Origin: Paragordius varius | Taxonomy: Eukaryota; Animalia; Nematomorpha | Direction of reading: 5' to 3' | DNA length: 64,000 nucleotides | NCBI GenBank assembly: GCA_964247055.1 | Contig: OZ176059.1 | Coordinates: forward strand, 2,790,001-2,854,000 | In this document: positions 39,901 to 50,500 of the stretch, piece after piece | How positions within the stretch are numbered: the stretch's first letter is position 1 | Layout: every line of letters begins with the position of its first letter | Position numbers and translations under genes: made by a program | The notes under the pieces: generated by a model | Told to the model about the DNA's origin: nothing | The model's database searches: none | Seen by the model: only the letters and a program-made list of their open reading frames with translations

Positions 39901-41314
39901 CACCGATCGCATAGCTCACACTTTAAAGCAATTTGACATTGGTGTGGGGTTTAAACCAGGTCTTAAATTAAAAACTTTTTTATCAAATAATAATAAATCC
40001 AAATTAAATTATCCAGGGGTGTATAAAGTTCCATGCGAGTGTGGCAGGGTATATATCGGCCAAACCGCAAGGAAAGTTAAAACACGCCTGAATGAACACA
40101 AGTATAACATAAAGAATGGAGATTTTAAGAGTTGTATTGCGGAACATTGTTGGAAGGAAAATCATAATGTTTCCTTTGACAATGTCAGTTGCATTACAAT
40201 TTTCAATAATAATCAAAGGCTTACGCGGGAATCATTAGAGATTCTCAAAGGAAACAACTTTAACCGAGAGGAGGGACAAAAGATGAGTGATATATGGAAA
40301 GTCATTCTTGATGATTGAATCCATATGGACTCTTTTGTTTTCCACTCAAAGTTGTTCTTTGTGTTTTTTTTTTTTTTTAGTATATGTTTATAAATTTAAT
40401 TGTTTGTTGACATGGTTTAAACCACTCTCAATGACAAATGGTTTTAACTTATCATTTGTTACGAGAAAAGAAACAACAATAAACGTTTTTAAAAATTGTA
40501 TATAAAGCACCATTTTATCCATCCTAATTTTTATATAATTTTTATTTGTTTTTTTATGCTGAGGACGGACACACGTTAAAATGTCCGAAACCGTTCGAAT
40601 TTTATTTATTCTATGATACGTTTTAAATAAATTTCCATATTTTTATACTATTCACGTGTCGAAAATAATTTATATTCTTTAATTATTTAATATTAAATTG
40701 AAACAAATATATTTAGATGACATCACATAAAAAGTATAACATAAATTTCATTTTAAAAAAATCACAATATTATGACCTTTGATTTTATTAAAATATACAG
40801 TTTATATGCAAAATATAAAATAGAAAGTGTTTTGATCAATTCTATTTCTGATACGCAACTCGAAATGATAGGTTATATTATAAAATCAATTAAAAAATAT
40901 CGTAAAATAAAATTAGTCCATTAGTTATATCTATGAGAATATAATATATTACTTGGAAGAGATGAATCAATTGGAAATATATTTTCACCCACTTTCAAGG
41001 ATACTTTATCCAACAAATGTTTTTTGTAAAACCCGTAATTACTGTCTGGGCTATCTTCTGGAACATAGCGTTCATCACACATAAATATTTTCCATTTTGG
41101 CCATTCGGTGTCAAGTTCAGGCAAATTTTCACACAATAAGTTACTTAAACTGCCACCTAATACATATATTACCAAATTAATTTTAACCTGAAAAGCCGAC
41201 ATAAAAATTTCCCCGTTTAGCTATAGCTTCATCGGAAATTTTTTTGATTTGTTTGCACAAATTTTTTCCAAGATCATGTTCATCGGAAGATATAATAAAT
41301 TTATTTTTATTCAT
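33990..41314 (-). CDS. PGLS: 6-phosphogluconolactonase, 5 exons (41314-41188, 41156-40953, 35424-35279, about 34770-34632, about 34112-33990)
   Basis: Spliced FYVGFSG|[64 protein letters not shown]. Confidence 0.95.
35480..35530 (-). ncRNA. Hammerhead-like motif in Penelope pLTR (copy 1)
   Basis: CUGAGGA-C-GGACA(loop)UGUCC-GAAA-CCGUUC: core and 5-bp stem II clear, stems I and III imperfect. Confidence 0.55.
35764..38343 (-). CDS. Penelope-like RT plus GIY-YIG endonuclease, intact 859 aa
   Basis: [47 protein letters not shown]; [31 protein letters not shown]. Confidence 0.96.
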   Translation of the reverse strand: MVYDLQFKSLRNEFIKLRTKRSHLLNDLIFLKRCYHAKLIPNFLKIKHKFHYHWYIQKIRACESVILRKYIQEKYYILNKTSSELLKLHIFLSNNLSSESWIKLDTFSFFKSENIFNKYKAIHIKKFNNLFEKERNNKVRNEERLIANVKKRLDTLNVNKIKNNQKSYNNDIKLEPTHLDKKETDVLMSKTLHEQFKHLSIDDQPTCSKYYIEGNNNKEKNPINKNNLHESIKTNQVTNKVNNNNENLIVNMSNMVLNDHMSSILNKGLKFAISPSVVPVEQIISNVEAGLSRIDPKIADIIRMQVVSILKNNKDERRRSNISREQYIALKELKNNNDIFISNSDKGNQVVIMNLLDYNQKMQHILEDTSKYKKITRCPFNTLHINVKKMIKSSPIPSHLHNSLIPQCPINLSMYGVPKTHKTDVPLRPIVYTKNSSLYGLAQHLSEYLQPFLKNKLKNSFEFIDRIRDIQVAETDLLISLDVESLFTSVPLKELTHLLKDLKVDAKYISLIEFCINNNFFEFNDNFYLQKDGLPMGSPISPILADLFMETFENQFILNYFLKPKFYTRYVDDMFIIWPHTRTDLSLFLDYINSNPFNIRLTVEFEANRSLPFLDVLITRNDTTLSYSFYQKPTHSNTYLHKSSYHNSLQKKNVLKNQIFRRLKLTDNANKNIITERFVETFLKNGYSANDIHRAILSLNNTKENTKNYKFFISLPYIQNITDRIAHTLKQFDIGVGFKPGLKLKTFLSNNNKSKLNYPGVYKVPCECGRVYIGQTARKVKTRLNEHKYNIKNGDFKSCIAEHCWKENHNVSFDNVSCITIFNNNQRLTRESLEILKGNNFNREEGQKMSDIWKVILDD
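38437..38487 (-). ncRNA. Hammerhead-like motif in Penelope pLTR (copy 2)
   Basis: Identical to copy 1, offset 2957 nt. Confidence 0.55.
38978..40318 (+). CDS. C-terminal 446 aa of the same Penelope ORF in the inverted copy (5'-truncated)
   Basis: Protein identical to the last 446 residues of the 35764-38343 ORF. Confidence 0.85.
   Translation: MYGVPKTHKTDVPLRPIVYTKNSSLYGLAQHLSEYLQPFLKNKLKNSFEFIDRIRDIQVAETDLLISLDVESLFTSVPLKELTHLLKDLKVDAKYISLIEFCINNNFFEFNDNFYLQKDGLPMGSPISPILADLFMETFENQFILNYFLKPKFYTRYVDDMFIIWPHTRTDLSLFLDYINSNPFNIRLTVEFEANRSLPFLDVLITRNDTTLSYSFYQKPTHSNTYLHKSSYHNSLQKKNVLKNQIFRRLKLTDNANKNIITERFVETFLKNGYSANDIHRAILSLNNTKENTKNYKFFISLPYIQNITDRIAHTLKQFDIGVGFKPGLKLKTFLSNNNKSKLNYPGVYKVPCECGRVYIGQTARKVKTRLNEHKYNIKNGDFKSCIAEHCWKENHNVSFDNVSCITIFNNNQRLTRESLEILKGNNFNREEGQKMSDIWKVILDD
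40552..40602 (+). ncRNA. Hammerhead-like motif in the inverted Penelope copy (copy 3)
   Basis: CTGAGGA at 40559-40565, GAAA at 40587-40590. Confidence 0.55.
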
Positions 41315-41424
41315 TTTTTTGCGAAAAATGATAGATAAAAATTGAGGTGATCAAAGGTGACTTATTCAAATATGTTTTAACTTATCTGAGCTCGTCACAC
41401 GCGTATTTTTCAAAATCAAAAAAA
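41315..41424. promoter_or_regulatory. Putative compact bidirectional promoter between PGLS and EZH2
   Basis: Divergent starts about 110 bp apart (EZH2 ATG tentative); CpG-containing island GAGCTCGTCACACGCGT in an otherwise AT-rich interval. Confidence 0.55.
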
Positions 41425-43061
41425 ATGAAAAAGTAGCCCAAACATTATAAATTTAGGAAAATTGAATTGATTGATTACCGTATTTTGTATAAATCGCTTG
41501 TACTTAAATACAAAAAATGTTATTTGAATCTTATTAAAGTATTATTTTTTATTACACCTTTTAGAATATGTATGCGTCTAACAAACTATTTTTATTGGCA
41601 AAAAATGAAAATCAAGTAGAATCTAAAAAAATTTTAGGATATATCCTCTGAAGAAATGATTAATTTATTTGAGCAACCTTTTGCCACTTTTAACATTAAA
41701 AATATAACGAAATTGCCTAATTCTTATGCCTGGTGTCCGTTACAACATAATTATATGGTATAACAATATTTCTTGGATATTGTTTTGAGTTTACCTTAAA
41801 AAACCCTATTTGTTTGAAATTACTAATATAGGCATCATTAAAAATTTAAAATTTATAAATAAAAGCGCTCTTTCAATTTATTCCTATCAATTAGAGATAT
41901 TCCCCTTCCACATTGTCGTAAAATATATAACTTAATACTCATATCACGTTTTTTTAAAAATGTTTAAACTTACATTTTTTCAGATTTTCAACTATTAATA
42001 TTTTATACAAAGTTTTTTTTTTATTTTTTGGCTCATTGTGAAAATTCCCAAATACCCACAAACTATTGAATAGGAGTGAAGATACTCAACTATAAGAATC
42101 TCATTATAAGAGTCATTAACGGTTTTTTTTGCATTATATACTATACTATAACTTTTCAAAAACATTTTTATATGTTATATAGATTGAGGACGAAGCATGT
42201 TTACACAATATACCCTACATGGGTCCCGAAATTTTGGATAAAGACGCCTCATTCATCGACGATTTAATCAAGAGTTATGAGGGTAAAGTTCATGAAAATC
42301 CCGAAGTTGAAATATCAATAGCTAATGCAACAATGTCAAATAACTCAACAGCTATAACGGCGGCGAGCCCGCCTAAATCAGCTGTTATATGGGGTGATAT
42401 AATTAGCGCTATGCCACCTCTACAGAATGAAACCATTAATTCAGATGATTATGATAATGGAGTAGCAGGTGGTTTCGATATAGATGGGGATTACTCTGGG
42501 AATGATATTCCAACTTTTTGGGAGGATATGTTGATTTTCGACATGGTTCAAACCATAGAAAGTTTGTTTTTTATGAATAAAGTTGTCAAAAATAAATTAT
42601 AAAATTACAATTTGTAGTCGATTAAAGTTTTTTACCGTTTTATTTTTCAGAACAAAATATATTATTTTAATTATTTATTCGTTCAATTAGTTTTTAAGTT
42701 CTCATACATATATTTCATTTTTTATTTTTTATCTATTAGAAAAGATAGTATCATGTATTGAAAATTGTTATAATTAGTTTTAAATGAATTTTACGAGAAT
42801 TCAAAATCTTACTTATTCTTCAATGTTATTATATACAGTCATGTATCCTTTATTTTATCATTTTTTTTTTCGTTAAATGGGCATAAATATTTGGTAAAAA
42901 ATGAAAAAAACAAGAGCTCTATGGTAATTCTTATACTTTTTTTAATGAATATAATATTGTTGATACCTTAAAGCTCTTGTTTTTCCATTCTTTAACAAAT
43001 ATTTATACTCATTAAACGAAAAAAATAAATTTTCGATAAAATAAAGGATACATGACTGTAC

Positions 43062-43112
<51 letters not shown>

Positions 43113-43968
43113 TTTATTGTAGTGAATCAAGAACACCTTGTTAATACCGATAATTATTGCCTAAAACCTAACTCATGTATTAACAACCCCAAGCTTTGGG
43201 CCAAGATTAAAAAAGGTTTATGCATATATCTAATTTTTCAGAACAAATATCTAATTCAAACAACTCTAACCCTAACCCCTATCCTATTAACCATGTTTCG
43301 ATGAATAAAAGACTTAAAAAAATAGATCCTCTCTTAACTGATAGGGAAACCAATATAATTGCTCTATTGAATTGGATTAATGTACCTATTCCCACCCTCA
43401 TTGAAAAGTATTTGTGTTGAGATTGTTTAAATCAATTTTTTTTAATGAAAGTTCTTTTTATCCTTTTAAGTTATTCATTTGGTATATTCAATTTAATGGA
43501 AATATTTTAAACGAAAATTTAAATATTTAAATTAAAAATAACCATATATATTAAAGTAATGTTTATTTGCTTTTATTTAGGTATAAGAATGCAAAAATGT
43601 ACTATACTACTCATCATTCACCCCTCAATCACCAAGAAAACAGTAATATCATTTTTTGAGAATTATATTTAATTTACACATATTTTATAAAAGAGTTAAA
43701 TTTTTTTAAATTATATTAATTATATTACAGAGTAACCAGACTGTATATATCATAGAAATAAGCATATTTTAATCCTATAATATGTAAAACTTATGATGTG
43801 ATCCCCGTAAGTAGAGACGTATTCACGTTAAATATTTGAATATATATAATAGGTTATATATCTAAAAAATTAAGATTAAAAAAGAGTTTTTTTTACTTAT
43901 GAAAAAAAGTCAGTCCTTGTTGACTTTATATATGTTAATTTCCCCTGACATCTAAAATATTTCCTGTG

Positions 43969-44008
<40 letters not shown>

Positions 44009-47000
44009 TTTACAGTTCAAATTCACCCTCGAACAATTTAAATTTACCCTTAAACAATTCAAATTCACCCTAAAAATAAATTATGTGTTTTCGAACCAAT
44101 ATAACTCATTATTAATATGAAATATATCTTTATAAATAGTTTATTATTTTTTTAGTATTATTTTAATTTAAAGCAAATTTTTTCCAAAAATATGTAAAAA
44201 TATATAATAAAAAAACGTATAATTTATTTAAAGGTGAATTTGAATTGTTCAAAGGTGAAATTGAATTGTTCAAGGGTGAATTTGAATTGTTCAAGGGTGA
44301 AATTGAATAGTTCAAAGGGAAAATTCGAATTGTTCAAAGGTGAATTTGATTTGTTTAAAGGTGATATTGAATTGTTCAAGGGTGAATTTGAATTGTTCAA
44401 AGGTGAAATTTGAATTGTGTAAGGGTGAATTTGCATTGTTCAAGGGTGAATTTTAAAATTTAAATGGTATATATATGTATATGGGATTATAGGTAAATCT
44501 CTTTCCACTTCCCCAAGAAACAGTAGTAATAATGCTGCTCTGTTATCATCGCCACGGAAGAATAAGGAATTATCAACCACCACGCCATTCACAAAATTGG
44601 TGCACACATATCAAACTTTGTTTTGTCGACGTTGCTTTAAATACGATTGCCAATTACATTGTAAGCCATTTAGAGTGAATGGATTTATAATTTTACATTG
44701 ATATGATGTAAAAAGGATAAACTCATGAATTGTTAAAGGAGAAAAAAATGAATTATTATTCTATAAATGACCCATAATTTGAGCCTGGGTAAATTTATAT
44801 TGTTTGAGGGTGAATTTTAATTGTTTAAGGAGGTGAATTTGAATTCAAGAAATTCGAACTGTAAATATAAAATTAGTTTAAAATTGGGTTTCTACGTAGT
44901 TTTTACCTATTCGACTTGGCATAATTTCTTTTGGTAATACTCTAGTTTTAAAAAATAAATTAAGTTGTTTAATGTGTCGTTTTTGTTTCATATTTGATTT
45001 GTTTTAGATATTTTTGAATTTTACATGTTATGTACGGTGCATCTATGATTTACGGCTATATTATTGGTTTTATACAGAGTTTGTTTGGTATTTTATTGTA
45101 AAAATATAACAATTTTGGTGAAACTTCATATTTTCTTCTATATATGTTTATTATAAGATAAAGTATGCACTTTAATTTTAATGGTTGCTTATTTTACATT
45201 ATAGTAGGGCAATTTACAACACATGAATGTATGTATGGAAAAAAGAAAGGAAATAATTGTTTATTCAACACTTTGTTGTTTTTTTCCATACACTACTGTT
45301 GTGTGTTGCGAATTGCCCCCTACTATAGTGTGGAATAAGGAAGAATCATTAATAAAATGCATACTGTAAAATTTTTGATTTTAGTATTTCAACGAGAACG
45401 AATATTCATATGTTAAAATAATAATAATAATTTGAATTCTCGTATAATTAATGATTAAATTAAACTATATCCAAAATTTTCCGATACATGGGAGTATATC
45501 TTTTTCAATGGATTACTAAAACAAAAGAACGTAATAATAATAATAAGAAGATATAATTAAAATAAAATTTGAAAAAATATAATTATAAATTATGATAACA
45601 AAATTTGAAAAATTTTCAGTATTTCAACCGCCTTCAATGCTTGCCCGCGAAATACGTCAAAATCCACAAGCCTTATCCAATGGTGATATTATTTGTTCCC
45701 AAACTTGTCATAAACTTGGGGATAAAGTAAGTTCATATTATTTCTCTTTTTACATATATATATATATATACCATTTACAGTTCATATTCACCCTTGAATA
45801 ATTCAAATCAACCCTTGAACAATTCAAATTAACCCTTGAATAATTCAATTCAATTCATTCTTGAATAATTCAAATTCACCCTAAAAATAAATTATATGTT
45901 TTCGAAGTATATAACTCATTATTAATATGAAATATATGTTTATGGTATAGTTTATTATTTTTTCAGTATTATTTTAATTTAAAACAAAATTTTATTTTTT
46001 AAAAATATATAAACTATAGGTAATTTTTAATCTTAAAACATATATTTTATTTGAGGATGAATTTGAATTGTTCAAGGGTGAATTTGAATTGTTTAAGGGT
46101 AAAATTAAATTGCAAATGGTATATTTAAAATATTACATTTTGATTTTTATATAATTCAAATATCCGTTTTTTATTTTAGAGATCACCATCACCCTCCAAT
46201 AAAAAACGAAGTAAAACAAATGTCCTTAAACAAGAACCGTCAACAACACGTAAGTTTTTTATCAATTCAATATTTTTATTAAATAGAATAAATAATATTT
46301 CTTATTATATACTATTTACAATTCAAATTCACCCTTAGACAAAATTCACCCTTGAACAATTCAAATTCACCCTAAAAATAAATTATGTTGTTTTTGGGAT
46401 ATTAAAACTCATCATTTATATGAAATATATTTTTACGACATAGTTTATTGTTTTTTCAGCATTTTAATTTTAAACAGAATTTCATAATTTAATAATATTA
46501 TAAAATAAAGGTAATTTTTAATCTTGAAAAATACATAATTTATTTTAGAGTGGTGAATTTGAATTGTTCGAAGGTGAATTTGAATTGTTCAAGAGTGAAT
46601 TTGAAGTGTAAATGGTTTAATAGTTAAATACATTAAATGCGGCGTGCGTCGTAAAATATTATGATTATTAATAAGTATTAGACTTATAAATTACCTATTA
46701 ATTAAACCACCCGAATTTTTTTGCGTTATAGCGGATGATAAAATGGCGACTGTTGCTGAGAAAGACAAAGAGCCAGCTTTGGGTATAATTCGCTTGGTTC
46801 GAACAGTCTATGGTTCAAATGATGTTTGTAGTATAGCTAAATTTCTACCAAACCTTACTTGTCAACAGGTATATAAAATATATATTTTTCCCATTTAAAA
46901 TCAATAATTTCAATATTAACATTAAAGATAATAATTTTATATTTTGAAAAAAATATTTTTTTTGGCCAAGAACGTTCATTATATTAACAAGATCATTATT

Positions 47001-50000
47001 TTAACAAGATTAATATTTTTTATATTTATAACGCATTTAATTTTTTGAATGCAAAATTGTAAATATTAATTCTATTTTTGCTCAAAAATGTTTTATTACG
47101 AATGGCGTTTTATGAGAAAGTGCTATAATTTATGAAGAAAATATAGATATAAAAATGTTATACAACTATTTTATTGGTGAATAAATATTATATGATTATT
47201 AAGAAAAAGGTTGTTTTCTGGAAAATCAAAACGATATCCCTACGTATAATGGATAGATGTTAAAAATATTTAACTTTTTATGTTGCCATTAATGTATAAT
47301 AGGTTTCAGCATTAATGGATACTCTTGAACCCGATGAATATGAACTTAATAATATAGTTGACGATGATACTGTAAAGGGAATAAACTCTCTGCAAAGTAT
47401 TACCTTTTTTATGTGCAATTTTAGGCCATATTAATTTCTAAATTTTAAAACTTTTTATTGTTTTATTATATAAATTGTATGAAATTTTGGGTAAAATATC
47501 GTTTTTAAGATAAAACCAGCTTCCAGAATTCAAAATGGGGGGCCTTGAAAGCGATAACCCAAAGAAAGAATTTTTATGAGTTACTTTTTAATAAAATGTG
47601 ATAGATAAAAAACCTATTCATATATGGCTTGAATTGGCTAAAAAATTTTAAATTAATTGATAACTTCATACATTTCATGATTCCAACTAAATAAACTTAA
47701 ATAGATTGAAATTAAAGGATCAAAATGTGTGATCTAAAATATTTTTGGATCTTAAAACTAGAGTTTATTTTAAAAATTAGAATTTTATTAATACTACACT
47801 TTTGACCTAAAATTTAATCCACTATATTGAGACACAATCTCTCTCTATCTTATATATAGAAAAAACGCCATTTAAAACTTTTAATGCAATCATGCATGCA
47901 TTATTGTATTAGTTAGTACCAAAAAAAAATTTTTTTATTTTGGTTTTTTATTTTGTGCGCGTTTATACAGAACAAACTTCTGTGGATTCCACACTCTCTA
48001 ACCTATCCTCTCTGTCAAATCCCTCTTCTTCTGTCACTACCAGTAACACAGAATATACATTATTACCTCAACAAAAGCAAAATAAACCTGACCCAACAAA
48101 ATCAAACGCTGCAAATAATCAAAAACCCCGTGGCGGTTCTAATGTTGGTCTTTTAAATTCTGCACCTCATATTTCGTCTTCTAATGGGACCAATCAAAAC
48201 ACTACCACGACGACTGGCCCACATTACAATCATACCTTTAATGGCGGGTATGGAAAAAACTTTATTTTATTGATAAATTTTGTTTGAATTTTGATTTTGA
48301 ACCGGAATTAATGGAAAAAATGGTTATATATATATATATGGGTTTACATGATAATGCGAAAAGAATTTTACAAAGTGTTACAAAAATGTTTTGTTTTCGA
48401 AGTAATAACATATTATATTAAAAAACGGGGTTTGTATGTGTAGGGTTTGTTCCCGACTGCAAATTAATAAGTTTTTGATAAACATACTACAAATTGAAAA
48501 GAATCAATATTTACGTACTACCTTTTAAATATTTTAAAAAAAGATAGGAACCGATAATTATGAAAAAATCTAATTTTTAAATAAATAATGCATTCATGTA
48601 TATGACTGTGTGTGATCACTTTAAAAATTTCCAGTCTTCTTTTTTATAATAGGTTAGGTTAGATCACTAACTAAAAACATAAAAATGGTATAATAACATG
48701 CGAAATTTTCAAATCATATATTGAACTATATAAAAGCGATTTGACATCTCCGGTTAATTTAGATTTTATTAGGTATTAACTATATTAAGATTTATAAAAT
48801 TTAACTCGGTTATGGCTATGACCATACATTCACTTGGCGATGAGATTGGTTTACTTAAGTTGTGTGGATAAAATCCGCACAAGTATTTTTACCTATTAAA
48901 GAAGTTTTGTAAATCAAGTGACTCATACCTTAGAGTTTATAACATTTTTATCTAAGCCTAAATTTTTTTTATAAAGGTAGGACTCTGGATTCGGAGTTTA
49001 AAGTAATTATTCATAATATTTATACTTTATGGTATTCTGAGGCGATTTTTAACGTACATAACACAAGCCCTTGTGTACAACCATTGAATGATTTTACAGA
49101 GATCATTAGATACTGGTTTTTGACGTTGGCATAAGCGGAGGGGGGGGGGGGGAGTTTGCAATATAATTTTGTTATGGTAAATTTTTTTATTGCATATTTA
49201 TGATAAATAAATAAATCTTATAACATAAAAAGGTAATATAAAAAGATGTAAAAAATGGAAACGATTCACAATAATATCCATCACTGGTTTTTGACTGTAA
49301 CTTTTTACACACTACAAGAGTTGTTATATTATAAATTACTTAATACACTACAATAAAGAATCAGTTATATGACTTGTTTATTCCCAAAAAAAAGACAGAT
49401 CAAAACAAGTCATTTTTTTTCATAAAAAACAAAATTATATAAGCTGTTTACTTGCTTCAAGTTATTTTAGGCTTTTCTTCTCTAAATCCGTAGAAAAGAA
49501 AAAATGACAATTTTATTTTTAAGTTTTGCAATGATTACTAGATGTTAACGATATTCAATTGTTGACTAATTTAATTTGAAATATACATAAATACATATAT
49601 ATACTTTTGTGTTATGTTTTCCAGAAATAACGGAGGAAACGGACCGCTGTACGGTTATAACCCTTGTGACCATGGTGACCTTGAATGCTCTGAGCTGGCT
49701 TCATGTAATTGCTGTGTTTACAGTTTCAATAATACAACCATGACAAATATGCCCCCGGCCAATATGAATAACAAAAACAATTCCTCACCACCGCTAAAAT
49801 CAACGACACCCAGTTATAACCCATCAAATTTAATTCAAGATACTTCTAATAAGGAAGAAGGTTAGAGTTTGAGAAAAATTAAATTTTTAGTTTATATTGA
49901 GCGCTATTTTTACTTTTTGGATTGAGTTAAAATGGACTTTTTTTTCATAGGACATAATATTGGTGAATGTTAACTTTTAATAAAAAAAAGGTAACTTGGG

Positions 50001-50454
50001 TATAAATTTGACAACTTTTTCAATGTAAATTTAAGTGTTATTAGTATTTTTATTAGCTAATCCAGGAAAATTCTTAAATTTGTCAATAAAATTAATTTTG
50101 CACAGTTTTGATTTTATTGATAATTATTTGCTCTTTTTATTTTACGTAGATAATCTCTTTTTTTATAAAAACCACCAAATTTAAACCAAAGTAACCCCTA
50201 AAAAAGCTACAAATTTTATTTCTGTAATTTTATGTTTTTTGTAAATCAGTTGATATTCCATCTCCCGCCATTAGTGCAAATGGAAAAATGGTTACCAATA
50301 ATATAAATAATGTAACTACAGGCAAAAGTTTGGCCCCGGAAACTATTAATGTAGATATTCACGCGAATGTAACTACTAACAATCCCACCACGGGTACTTG
50401 TATAGCAAGTGGATGTGAAAAATTTTGCTTATGCAAAAAAACTTGTAATTTAAC

Positions 50455-50500
<46 letters not shown>

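Larger units (their letters stand above)
35437..40679. mobile_element. Penelope-like composite: full copy (-, 35437-38393), tandem pLTR (38394-38946), inverted 5'-truncated copy (+, 38947-40679)
   Basis: 38394-38946 repeats 35437-35990 (one SNP seen); 38947-40645 is the reverse complement of 35437-37135; direct repeat TAATTATTTAA(TA) at 35426-35438 and 40680-40692. Confidence 0.95.

Noticed and set aside
35577-40505. Repeated small ORFs (72, 70, 117, 110, 96 aa) in the Penelope region
   Set aside because: Overlapping or antisense frames, duplicated only because the element is duplicated
41990-42120. In-frame TGA suggesting stop-codon reassignment in EZH2
   Set aside because: Region is intronic; the real exon ([11 protein letters not shown]) is at 41638-41757 and all genes use the standard code
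43731-43810. Possible extra EZH2 exon
   Set aside because: Gives an immediate stop in the required phase; 43642 joins 44493 directly in frame
44224-44436. 70-aa ORF with 7-residue periodicity; array superficially CRISPR-like
   Set aside because: Translation of the 21-bp subterminal MITE repeats; no unique spacers; eukaryotic intron
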